64,000 nucleotides of DNA from NCBI GenBank assembly GCA_050613775.1, contig JBODTK010000015.1:496001-560000 (forward strand), given 5' to 3'. The DNA comes from Neocallimastix sp. 'constans' (Eukaryota). The notes beneath the pieces were generated by a model. It was given only the letters and a program-made list of their open reading frames with translations, was not told where the DNA came from and made no database searches. How positions within the stretch are numbered: position 1 is the stretch's first letter; every line of letters begins with the position of its first letter. Positions 39,097 through 51,674 of the stretch are shown here, in pieces. Made by a program: the position numbers and the translations under genes.

Positions 39097-39679
39097 AAAC
39101 TAGAGAGAATTTTTATACTTCCCCTCCCTCCTTAGGAAAAAGCCCTGATAGCCGAGCTTTGGATTCTCCACCATTGATATGAAATAGGAATTTATCTTGT
39201 TTCCCATTTCATAACTATTATGATTTTTATACTTGTCCATAACAAGTCTTTATATATTTAAATAATAACACTTAAATAAAAATATTTAATTCATTTTTAA
39301 ATAAAATATTGTTTTATTAATATTCTAATATTTATAGGTAATTAGTAAACCTTTAATACAATTCTTTTATAACATGATTCTAATAATCAAAATATAAAAT
39401 TAATCAATATTAATTCTAATAATCAAAATATAAAATTAATCAATATTAATTCTAATTTAATTTAAAATATTATATACTAATTTTACTGGATAATTAGGAA
39501 CATTTATTAAAATATTATTTCTAATAACTATTTATACTAATTCTTCATTTTAAAGTTATGTTTATAAACAATTATTTATAAATTATTTAACTATTTAATA
39601 TTTATAATATATTTATTTCTTATTTTTCTTATTAACTTTATTTATATTAATTATTAATTAAATATTTCGTTTCTTATCA
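37601..39679 (-). mobile_element. TRIM-like miniature gypsy-type element inserted in the Copia-C 3' LTR
   Basis: 5' LTR 39175-39679, 3' LTR 37601-38891; 283-bp non-coding interior; PBS TGGTGGAGAATCC from 39173; PPT AAAGGGTGGAGATAT; 4-bp TSD AATA. Confidence 0.93.
37801..38664. repeat. Minisatellite, 24 copies of the 36-bp unit TAATTCTAATAATCAAAATATAAAATTAATCAATAT
   Basis: Printed lines repeat every 180 nt (5 units); 864 bp = 24 apparently identical units. Confidence 0.97.
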
Positions 39680-40089
39680 AATAAATAAAAGCCATATTAA
39701 CTAAAATAATCATAATTGAGATTGTGAGATTTCAGTTACATTCTTAACAATATATATTATAATTTTAATAATTCATTTTATTATATTTAATTATATATGA
39801 ATTTATATATTATTTTGATAGTTGAGAGTATATAATTTATAATTTTAAATTTAATTCATTTTCAAATTACAAATATTGAGTCATATTGATATAATATCTA
39901 ATATAATTCAATATATTTATAATTGTTATTGTTGATTTATTTATTCTTATATTATATTGAATTATAATTAATTTTATAACTTGATATATTTATATTTATT
40001 ATTTTAATACGTTATATTCATTATAGATTTTATTAAAAGTCATTTAATATAATAATATATATTGCTTTATATATTGTTACATTTAATAT

Positions 40090-41025
40090 ATGGAAAATTT
40101 CTTTATTCATAAGAAAAGATATTCATCATCTAGTAGTTCTAGTCACTCAAACGCAAGTTTTGAAAATAGTAGTGTTAATAATTCTCCCTTTAACTCTGAC
40201 AATTCCAGTACAATAGTTAGTTCCAAAATGACATTCGATTCTAAAGATAAAATGTAAATGTTAAACGCTATTCAGAAGTTAGGTGTTGGCAACAAAAATG
40301 TAAAGTCTTGGATTAAACAAATTACTTCTAAGATGAGATTGTTTGGTGAGATAGATATCAATGATGTAGTCCTTTGTATTAAATTAGCCTCCGCGGGAGA
40401 CGTTCAGGAATACATTGATGACTATGTTACACAAAACCCTGATAATCTTTCTATGGAGGGGTTAGAAAATTTTCTTTTTACAGAATGGTTAACGAGATGA
40501 AACAAAGTCAGTTATTATCTGAGATTAAAAGCATGAGTATTGAAAGAAATGAAATCGTAGTCGAGCTTAACAAGAGATTTAAAGAAATATATAAGAAACT
40601 TGATGAAGAGAGTAAGAAATATATTTCTATTTATGACTACGAGGGAACTATGAAACCAAGAACTGTGGTTTGGTCAGGAGTCCATTCTTCCTGTTGCTCA
40701 TCATTAGAGGAGGCTTTTGAAAAAGCCGAGCTCTATGATGAAATTTACCATAAAACAAACAAAAAGAAGAATTTTAGATCCTTATATCAAGAGGGTGGAG
40801 ACAATAGAAATAGGGTAGTAATTAAACCTAAAACTCCTCCACAAGTAAGGGGAAAGTTTTCCAAAGAAAATGACACCATGGAAGACCTAACCAATATAAT
40901 AAAGAATTTAAGGATCAAGACCTGTTACATTTGTGAACAAGAGGGACATTCGAAATACGATTGTCCCAAACTGAAGAGATTATGCTCTTCTAGAAAAATT
41001 AGAAAATCTTGAAGAAAAAAACTAA
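40090..41025 (+). pseudogene. gag: Gypsy-2 gag with CCHC knuckle
   Basis: CYICEQEGHSKYDC; split by a stop and frameshifts; ends AAA AAC TAA. Confidence 0.85.
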
Positions 41026-41343
41026 ATAAAGGGAGTTTGCGAACTCCCGAAAAAAGTAACCGCCACTTATTACACTCCTGAGAAACCAAATAAGCTACTT
41101 ATCGCTGCATCCAAGAGGAAATCTAATTCTCAGGAGAATAATAATAATAAAAAAAAATACAATTTACGAAGTAATTCATCTCATGATGTTGAGGAAACAT
41201 CAAGGGATGATATTATTCAAAATGCTAATGTAGAAGATAGTATGCCTTTAAGGAATTTAATTATTCCTAAATCACAATTAAATAAATTAAAAAAGAGAGA
41301 ATCATTAAATAAAACACAAAATAATTTTACCAATAATCAAGAC

Positions 41344-41378
<35 letters not shown>

Positions 41379-44300
41379 TATTAATAATAATAATGATATT
41401 AATAATAATGATATTAATAATAATATTAATAATAATATTAGTAGTAACAATAATAGTAATAAGTATAATGATAACAAAAATAATATTAACAATAGTGGTC
41501 ACAATAATAACAACAATATTAATAAATAGTAGTCATAATTATATCAACAATATTAAAAATAATAATTTTAGTAGTCAAATTTATTAAATACTGAAAATAT
41601 TAATTTATCATCTGATAGGGGTACAATTTTGTCTACCAGTAATATGCCACAAAATAGTTACTCTAACAATAAAGTACCACTTTCTAACAATAATAAAAAT
41701 ATTAATAATTCAAATATGATAATAGATAGTATGAATAACAATACCAATAATTAAAGTAATAATGGTTCCAATATCAATAAGAAATGTCCCCGCAATTTAC
41801 GTCTAATGAATAATGTGGAACCATATGATATTATTAAGGATATTAATAACTTAAAATGCAATATATCCTTATCCCAATTGGTAAATGGTAGTCCTAGATA
41901 TAGGGCTGACCCTATTAAGGGGCTAAAATTAGAGAAGAATACTAATGTTGTAAGTGCCCTTAATAACTTTGATGTACATATGACTATGGTTAATAATGTT
42001 GACCATGATTATATTAGTAAGAGTAGGGAAGTTAGGAAAGATGATATTACTATTGTTCCAGCCACGTGTCGACTACATGTAGACTCGGTTAGTAACATTA
42101 ATATTGTTTCCTCCATATTCATTAATTCTCTACCTGGAGAATATGTTTTAGCCGGTATCAGTAAAGGAAGAATATTACAAGCTCTTTCCACAGGAGAACC
42201 CCCTCAAGGTCAATTAGTGTTCTTACTTGTAAAGATGGAATTTTTGGAGTTCGAAACCGCCTTTAGAATTATAGAAAACGATGATGTCTATTTTAATATT
42301 TTAGTTGGGTACTATACGCAAGCTCAATACAACATCTTTGTTATTCCACCATTAAAAGCTTTATATTGCATTATTGCATTAATGAAGACTCTTATTGTCA
42401 ATAAGTGTGTGATACTATTTCTGATTTGGACTCAGAAAAGATTGCTTGTTTTGTCAAAAAAATTGAAAAGGTAAATGAAAATAAAAATTTACACTGCTAC
42501 GCCACAAAAGTTAAAGATAAGATGATTCCAAGTGAATTTATTCATAGCTATCGTATGTTTGATCATGTGGATGAAAAATATGTATATTTAATTTCCTCTA
42601 TTTTAGAAGATCATATAGTTATTATTGCTACCTCAACTAATGATTTGATCCCCTCTAGCTTGTCATATTAAGATTAAGGAGGGTTTTGCCCCTATTAAGT
42701 TACGATATTATCGTACTAATAATGTCAAATCAGCCATTATCAAAGACCATATTAAGGATATGATTAATAAAAGAATAATCATTCCTTCATCATCTGAATG
42801 GTCATTTCCAGTAGTATTAGTCCCCAAAAACAATTCTAACGATTGGCGTTTTTGTGTGGACTATAGAAAACTAAACGATATCACAGTTCCAGATTCTTAA
42901 TTCCTGACTTATATTGATGAAATATTTGATAATCTCTGCGGAGCAGAAATTTTTTCCACTTTGGATTTATTATCTGGGTATCACCAAATTTTATTGGATG
43001 ATAGTGTTGATAAAACCTGTTTCATCACCAAATATGGCAATTTTGTATTCAAGGTAATACCATTTGGTCTGTGTAACGCTCCAGCTACATTCCAAGGGAA
43101 ATGAATTTTATTTGACTTGATAGGCGTTTGTGTATATATTTTATAGATGATGTATTAAAACACCTGAAGAGCACGTGAAACACTTAATTTTTAAATTAAA
43201 TTTTTCGAAAATATCTAGAACTAAAATTAGCATTGAAAAATGTCAATTTATGAGGAGGAGATATGTGTTAGGTCACGTAATATCTAAGGAAGAACTAAAA
43301 ACCGATGATAAAAAGGTTATGGCAATAAAAAATTGGGTAATTCCTACTAATGTTTCAGAACTCAAATCGTTTTTAGGTGTAATTGGTTACTACCCTAAAT
43401 TCATTAATCAATTTGAACAAGTTGCTGCTCCACTTACAAAATTACTACGTAAAGGTACAACTTTTAATATTAATAAAGAAGAAACTACTTGTTTTAATAA
43501 TTTGAAAGAGCGTTTGATTAAAGCTCCAATATTAATGTTTCCGGACTATACTAAACAATTCTTTATTAGAACAGATGTATCAAAAAAAGGTTTGGGTGGC
43601 GTTCTACTACAAGTGGCTGGTGAATTAGAACGTCCTATCCACTTTGTAAGTCGCTCATTATCTAGTACTGAGAGAAACTATAGCATATCAGATTTGAAAG
43701 GTACATCTGTTCATTACTGTGTTAAACAATTCAAGTTTTATATAGAAGGTAATCCTTATGAAACTATCGTATATACCGACCACAAACCTTTAGTTGGTTT
43801 ATTTAATAATAAAGAACCAAATAATGCACGTCACGCTTGTTGGTGCATTGATTTAAGTATGTTAAAAGTTATCGTTAAATATGAATAAGGGAAAAAGAAT
43901 GCTTTGGCTGATTCTCTTTCAAGATTACTTCCTATTGAAGAAAATAATAGTAAATTCACTATGATATATAATGTTGTAAGTGGCTTGACGGATGATACTT
44001 ACGCTTCAGATATGGATTGTATTAATAATTTATCAAATATTTTAGATAATAATAAACCAGAATATAACAGCCTTGATTTTAGTAATATCTTAGAGAGCTT
44101 AAGTATCCATTCCGGAAGCAAGCAGATACATAAAGAAGTAGTATTCGCAATCTGGTATGATATCGAAAACTATTACAATAAATGTCAAACCATCAAAAAT
44201 TTAAATACATTAAATTACAAAAAATTTTTTGATTCTTTGAATAATCATGTGACTTCTTTAGTATCCCATACAATTATTAATATAGACTATGATCCAGTAG

Positions 44301-45445
44301 TAAATTCATTAAATTTAGAAGAAAATGATAAAGAAAACACGAATTCTTGAGGAAATTTATCAAAAAAAATATTAGAATTTGATAAGAAATATTTCAGAGA
44401 TAATGGAACTTGCCGAAGAATTGTAGAAGAATATGAAGAAAGAGTAAAGCTTATCTGGGAAGCCTACAGGTTTGGTCATGAGGGCTTCGACAAGACATAT
44501 CACATATCAACGACTAAAGAGACATTATTACTGGAAAGGTATGAGTAATGATGTTAGAGCAACCATTCAATTATGTTCTAAATGTCAATTATGTAAAAAT
44601 AATAAATCTGTTGACGCCACACCAATTGAGGGATTTAGACAAGGACATTATTGGCCCATTACCTATAACTGAAAGAAATAATCAATACATTAAAGTGATA
44701 GTTGATTATTTCACTAAGTGGGTAGAAGCTGAGCCTTTAGCTACTGTCACATCAAAAGATGTAATATACTTCTTAAGTAAAGTGTTTGCAAGACATGGCA
44801 CGCCACAAGTAGTAACTAACGGTCCACAATTTAACTCAGAATTAACAAGAATATTTTTGGACTTATGATGTATACTTTTATTTTTCAGCCACATAACATC
44901 CAAAAACTAATGGTATGACGGAAAATTGAAATATGGAAATTGGGAAATATTTCAAAAGGAAAAAGATTGGGATATAGTTTTACCATCTGCTTTATGGGCC
45001 CTAAGAACTTCCAGGAATACAGCCACCAAACATTCCAGTTTTGAGTTGGTGTATGGAAGAATTGACCAATAACCATTCGAATTAGCCACAACATTACTAA
45101 CCTCTAATGTACAAGCCACAGATGAAGAAAAATTATTAAAAAAATTTTGCAATCATTATAAATGGGTTTTAGAAGCAAGCCAAAATATGAAAAAGACTAA
45201 TAAGAAATGGGAAGAAGAAAGAATGAAAATTTTAGAAATAATAAACAAAATACTATTAGGAAAAATGATCTGGTAAAAGTACAAATTTCAGTGGATTCAA
45301 GTTAGATCCATATTTTGTAGGTCCTTATAAAGTTATTGGAAAACATTTTAATGCGGCAAAATTAGCGGACTCGAATACAGGTTGAGCTCTTGAAAGACCT
45401 ATTCATCTTAAAAATGTTCAAAAATATAAGACAACTTTAGAGTAA
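41016..45445 (+). pseudogene. pol: Gypsy-2 pol, heavily degenerate
   Basis: [68 protein letters not shown]. Confidence 0.93.
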
Positions 45446-46260
45446 GTTGTGTTATAGGAGGGAGGAATGATATGAAATGATAATAAAATAAAAAGATAGG
45501 TAAAAATATCATAAAATAATTATAAAATATAAATGTAAATAACTACGTATTAAATGAAATTAATGTATACAAAGTGTAAGGAATTAATATAAAACAAATG
45601 GATAAATAGTAAATAGGAAAAATTATATTAATTAGAGTTTAGGAAATATTTTATTATAGTTCATATAGAAAAACAGTAATTTTATAACATTTATTAAGAA
45701 AAGGAATTTTATTAGAGTATATTGCTATAACACCTGACGTATACTCCTTAATAATTTATATATTTCATAGTAAACATCATATCTTATAATAAAAACATTT
45801 ATAATTAAGATAAAGTATAAATAGTACAAAAATAGTTCATTTGCTCAGAGAGGAAAATAGTTCATAAATATAAAAAGATCATAAAAAGAAACTATACTTA
45901 CAACCTCTCTTTAAGTGACTAAAGTTAATTTCTTAACTGAACCTTATCACTAGGAATGTTGAGGAAACCTTATATTCTTTAAATTTTAATAAAACATTTG
46001 ATAAAAAAATAAAAAATGTATTACTGTAAATGATATTTATTTTAAATATCTTTAAAATAAAAGAAAATAATGGATTATTTGCGAACAAAATAAAAGCCTT
46101 CATGAATTAAAACAATTAAATGATAAAGAAACACTAAAAGAAAACTTTTTATAAAATACTAAAGGAGAAAATTTAAATAATTAATATATAAAAATATTAG
46201 ATTTTAAATAAATATCCAGATTTGATTGAAATCTTCTGGTATAAAAGAAATATAAATAAC

Positions 46261-47522
46261 TGTAACGATTTTAATGATTTATTTTATCTCACTAGGTCAT
46301 TGTAGATGTGTTCACTGATAAACAAACTACTAAATGTGAGAATTTATTATTTATTATTACACTAAATTATTTTATTATTTAATATTTTCATAATTATGGT
46401 TTTATATTATTTTTTATTTAATATTAATATTAAGATATGTTATTTTGTTAATATCGACTCAAAGAGTCAAAATAAAATAATAATACATGATTTTTATATT
46501 CAAAAAGTTTATAATTAAAATACATGATTGGTTTAGAATTATATGAATATATGATAATTATTTAAATAAATATTACTATTAAATAAATGAATGAAAGAAT
46601 TAATAGCTAAATAAATATTTTATTCCATGGATTAGATTAGGGTGAGTTGCGCATCAGCTGTAGCCTGTACCGGTAGTGAGTTTATTCGACATTTTGGAAC
46701 ATTATTTTAAGTTAAAGTATTTCAGATAGCTGGTAGCTTGCTCCTCTTGATGGATGCACACTTGGTTTGACGAAAATCAGGGTTCCACTTAATGAACGGA
46801 TAACACAGATACAAAGCTTGATAGATGGATGTTTGTTCAGATAGATAATTTCACAAACTTTTAAAAACCATAATTATTTTTATCAGAGATCACCAATCAG
46901 GATTCAGAAAATAAAAGAAGTAATAGAGTTCATAGCAAGAGTAAATTTATATAAAATATTATTAAAACTTTTGAATATAAATATAATAATAATGAAAGGT
47001 TAGTGGTACGTTGGAGTGGATTAACACATCTACAACAAGGTAGCGAGTGTATTTTCAACGGGAGTCGATATTGTAACTATTTTAATGATTTATTTTATCT
47101 CACTAGGTCATTGTAGATGTGTTCACTGATAAACAAACTACTAAATGTGAGAATTTATTATTTATTATTACACTAAATAATTTTATTATTTAATATTTCA
47201 TAATTATGGTTTTATATTAATTTTTATTTAATATTAATATTAAGATATGTTATTTTGTTAATATCGACTCAAAGAGTCAAAATAAAATAATAATACATGA
47301 TTTTTATATTCAAAAAGTTTATAATTAAAATACATGATTGGTTTAGAATTATATGAATATATGATAATTATTTAAATAAATATTACTATTAAATAAATGA
47401 ATGAAAGAATTAATAGCTAAATAAATATTTTATTCCAAAAGGTAATCAATAAGATTCAAACCAGTGACATTTAGTATGTAAGGCAAGGTAGGCACCATTG
47501 AGTAACGATAACCAAGATATAA
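46261..47522 (-). mobile_element. Second copy of the TGTAAC..TTACA family, internally deleted: 5' LTR 47072-~47522, leader 46628-47071, partial 3' LTR 46261-46627
   Basis: Reverse-complement match to 12544-13455; the deletion joins leader to LTR at a shared TATTCCA. Confidence 0.88.
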
Positions 47523-50395
47523 TTTGTGTGATAAAAAGTAACAATTACCTTAATTTAGAAATTATTCTAAAAGTGGTAATTGCCTATCAAAAGTTTTTTA
47601 TACCTTATTATTTATTATGTTAGAAATAAGTTTAATATTATTAATATGAAATTAATATATAATTAATAAATGTATATAGTTAATAATAAAAAAGTATGAA
47701 ATCATAAATATAAAATATATGTATAAGTATTAGTGGCGTATTTTATCAGATGATATATACCACACATATATATATGTAAAATTATTATAAAATGTACTCT
47801 ATAAATAATTAACAATGTAATATTTTAATATACGAAAAGAAAAAAAAACTTCTTAATAAATTTAATAAAGTGTAATTTCATAACAGATTAAGAGTCTCAA
47901 GACTCTACGTTAATAATAGTGAATTTATATATATAATGTGTGTTTTTAAATTTTAAAAGTGCGTGTTTTAAAATTCCAAATAGTGTGTGTTTTAAAGTAA
48001 AAAAAATTTTAATAATAAAATTAAATATATAAAATGAGTAATAAGGAGGAAAATGGAACTAAAGATATTTTAGATAGTTCCAACTATAGATTATGGAAGC
48101 AACAATTATATTTACTTTTAAAAGAAAAGAAATTAGAACAGCATGTTCTTAGGGAAGTAATTAAAAAGGTTCCAAGTGATAAAGTTAGTGAAGAAAAATA
48201 GAAAACTTTAACTTTAGTTGATGGAACAACAGATTTTTATTACAGTGAAGGTACTTCCGAAAAATCTATTGTTGATGATGCTACATCTAAGAAATACTTT
48301 ATGAATAGTATTTCTAATGATTTATCAATCAAAATAGATTTTATGTCATCAACAGTGTATGAAATATTCAAATTAATTGCCACGTTAAATCAACGTAGTA
48401 GAAGTGAGAGAATAGAAGAAATTAAAGAAGAATTAATAAAATTAAAATATGATCCAGATAACGACGGCGCTTTATCTATATTCATATCTGATATGAATTT
48501 AAAATTCAAGACATTAGAAAATCTTAAAAAGAAATTAGAATATCAAGATAAATTTAATTATTTATATAGTATTATTCCAGATGATTTAGCTATAAAGTCA
48601 AATATTTTATGTTGTGAACCTAATTGGGAAGAAACAACTACACGTTTAATTAAAGTTTCTCAACAATTAAAAAGCATTCAAGAAATTATTATCAAAAAAG
48701 AAGAGAGAGCATCTACTCTAAATGTTGAAACAAAAATTAATTCTAATTATATTCGTAGTAATCAAAATAGTAATAGCATAACGTGTAATAATTATAATAA
48801 AATTCAAAAGGTAATAATTACAGTCAAAACCAAAAAAGAAATATCTATAATGGTAATATTAAATCAAGAAATTATAATAATAATAATAATCAACAAAATA
48901 AATCAAATAAAAATAATATTAAATGCTGGAATTGTGGAAGGTTTGATCATTTTTCTGATGAATGTAAATCAAATGATAATTATTATAATAATAATAAACG
49001 AAATAAAAATCAACAAAGGCATAATAACTACAAAAGGGGAGGCACCGTGTAAATAGGATACAATATAAAAATGCAGAAGTTAATAATATAAATAAAAATT
49101 ATATTGATAAACACTAAGACTATTTCTTCAAAGATTATAATAATGATTCATATAATTTTGAATCAAATAATAATTTTTGCAAATATTCAAAAAACCTTTA
49201 GCCAATGCAAAAATTAAAATATTACATGTGCAGTAATTCATCAGAAGATAAGAAAAATAATAAAAATGATAAAAATAAGTTAAACACGTGGACAGTTGAT
49301 TCTGGTACTACTTTTCATATGACCGGAGATTTAGAATGTCTATCCGATATAACAAAGTTCAATAAAAGAATATACTTTGAAAATGGAGAAAATATAAAAT
49401 CGAAATTTATAGAAACATATAAAGGGTACATTAATGATAATAAAATAAATTTAAAAAATGTTTTATATGTACCTGTAACATGAATAATAATATAAATAAT
49501 TTTATAAATGAAAATAATAATATAAATAATTTAAATAATTTACCATTGATATACAACTCAAAAGTTTGATGTACTTTTGTTGGGATTTATTTATTAAATT
49601 TATTAATTTATTATTTATTTATTTATTTATTTAATTTTTATATAGAAACTATATATATTTAAAAAGACTATTTAACAACTTTCTTATAACTTTTAATCTT
49701 AACTTTTACACAACAACGACTCGACACTACTCTTAATACAGAGAAATACTTTATTTTTATGTTATTTAGTTATAATTAACTATTTAATTAATTGTTCTTG
49801 TGATTAGAATAAACTATTAATAATTATTATTTAAGGAAATATTTAAAAACTATATAAATATAAATATAAAATAATAAGAATATAATTAAAACATTGATTT
49901 ATGCTATAAAATTTATTATTAATTATAAATATAAATAATATATAGAAATCAAGCCACATATTGAAATTGTTGTAAAATCATTAGATTTAAATTTGATTTA
50001 TGACATTAATTTATGTATGAATAATAAAAAATAATTTTATATTAATTAAGGTTTGAATATTTCATTTTATATCACCATATTACTATAATAGTGATATAAA
50101 TTATTGTGATCCTTCCATTTATGGTAAAAATTTTTATGGCAAATATTATTATGATAATCTGATAAAGTACGAAGTTGTTAGAAATTAAGTTTAATATTCC
50201 AGATATTTTAATATAATATGATTATTTAATAATAATTTATTTTTATAATATTTTATAAGTTATATATAATTTAATAATAAATAAAAATTTATTAATAAGA
50301 AATAATTAAGTGAATGAAAACACGATTTAAATAAATAAAAACTTCATGTAAACAAAAAAATTAAATGTATGAATTTAAGAAATAACGCGTGTAAT

Positions 50396-50426
<31 letters not shown>

Positions 50427-50657
50427 TAAAAAAATAAAAGTGATAATTTTACAACAGATTAAGAGTCTCAAGTGCTCTTAAGTATATGATAATATTGTAA
50501 AGGAATAATTAATTAAATGAAGTGTCAAAATAAAATAAAACTATAAAGTTTATTATATTAATTAAATAATTTAAAAGTAAAGTAATATTATAAAAATAAA
50601 GAGAATAATAATTGATAGAAATTAAAATTAAAATTTTAAAGGAAGGGAAGACTAAGA

Positions 50658-51674
50658 ATGAACGTCGAAAAAAACGCTACAAAGGATATTCTAAATAACA
50701 CAAACTTTAGGTTGTGGAAACAGGAGTTCTACCTTTTGCTTAAGGGAAAAAGATTGCAAAATTTTATAATGAATGAGGTCATTAAAAAAATTCCCGAAGG
50801 AAAACTTAGCAAAGAACAAATAAGAAAGCTAACATTAGTAGATGGAACGAATGATATGTACTATGATGAGAGTGTAACTGACGAAATGGTCCAGTCAGAT
50901 GCACTTGTTAAGGAATATCTTTTAAACAGCATTCCAATTGAACTGGCTGAGAAATTTGATTTTATAACTTTAACCGCATTCGAAATTTATGAATTAATTA
51001 AAAGTATGAACATGAATGATGACAATGATTTAGTAGAAGAAATCAAAAACTCTCTTGAAAAAGAAAAGTACATTCCTGATAATAATATCTCTCTATCCAT
51101 TTTCATTTCGAACATGAAAGCAAAATTCAGAGAGTTAAGCACATTGAGATGTCAATTAACTGAGCAAGAGAAGATTGACTATCTCTACAACAGTATTCCT
51201 GACGATTTAGCATTAAGGTCTAATGCTATTATTTTTAAAGGTTCGTTTGAGGATTTTGCCAGCTTACTTATCAAAACAAACCAAAGACTTATAAAATTCT
51301 CTGAAAGAAGAAAGAAAAATGAAACCGGAAATCAAAGTAATGAGTCTATAGCTATTGGAAATAATGGTATACTTGGAAATAATAATAATCAACAGGGTGA
51401 GAATATGGATAATAATAACGAGTATGTTGAATCAAATTTTAATAACTCATTCTCGCATAGTAAATATAGATATCAAAGAAAAGGTTTTAAAAATAAAGAC
51501 TATCAAAGAAAATCCGAAAAATATAATAAAAGTACAGTAGAATGCTGGAATTGTGGAAAAAAGGGACACTTCGCCTCCGAATGTAAATTCAAAAGAAATG
51601 GAAAAAATAATTATAAGAGATACAACAGTAAAGAAACAAATAAAGGGAGGCATATCACTAAACACAGAAATTGA
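50658..51674 (+). CDS. gag: Copia-A Gag (338 aa)
   Basis: LNNTNFRLWK copia gag N-terminal motif; CWNCGKKGHFASEC zinc knuckle. Confidence 0.93.
   Translation: MNVEKNATKDILNNTNFRLWKQEFYLLLKGKRLQNFIMNEVIKKIPEGKLSKEQIRKLTLVDGTNDMYYDESVTDEMVQSDALVKEYLLNSIPIELAEKFDFITLTAFEIYELIKSMNMNDDNDLVEEIKNSLEKEKYIPDNNISLSIFISNMKAKFRELSTLRCQLTEQEKIDYLYNSIPDDLALRSNAIIFKGSFEDFASLLIKTNQRLIKFSERRKKNETGNQSNESIAIGNNGILGNNNNQQGENMDNNNEYVESNFNNSFSHSKYRYQRKGFKNKDYQRKSEKYNKSTVECWNCGKKGHFASECKFKRNGKNNYKRYNSKETNKGRHITKHRN

Larger units (their letters stand above)
23538..39749 (+). mobile_element. Ty1/copia element 'Copia-C' with nested insertions; 3' LTR survives as 37507-37600 + 39684-39749
   Basis: 5' LTR 23538-23790 (TGTTAA..TTAACA); PBS AATTAAGAGTCTCA; matching LTR pieces at 37.5 and 39.7 kb; 5-bp TSD ATATA at both outer ends. 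Confidence 0.9.
22601..45949 (+). mobile_element. Ty3/gypsy element 'Gypsy-2', inflated to 23.3 kb by a 16.2-kb nested insertion in its leader
   Basis: LTRs 22601-23102 and 45468-45949 (TGATATGAAATG..GAACCTTAT[T/C]A); PBS TGGTGGAAATATCGG at 23106; PPT AGGAGGGAGGAA; flanks TTAG / CTAG (3 of 4 matching TSD). Confidence 0.88.

Noticed and set aside
43904..44350. Extra gene (e.g. env-like) within Gypsy-2
   Set aside because: It starts with ADSLSRL, the RNase H end, so it is an extended RH-IN linker of pol.
49474..50050. A separate LTR element starting TGTAACATG inside Copia-B
   Set aside because: It interrupts the protease region, but I found no matching end or TSD.
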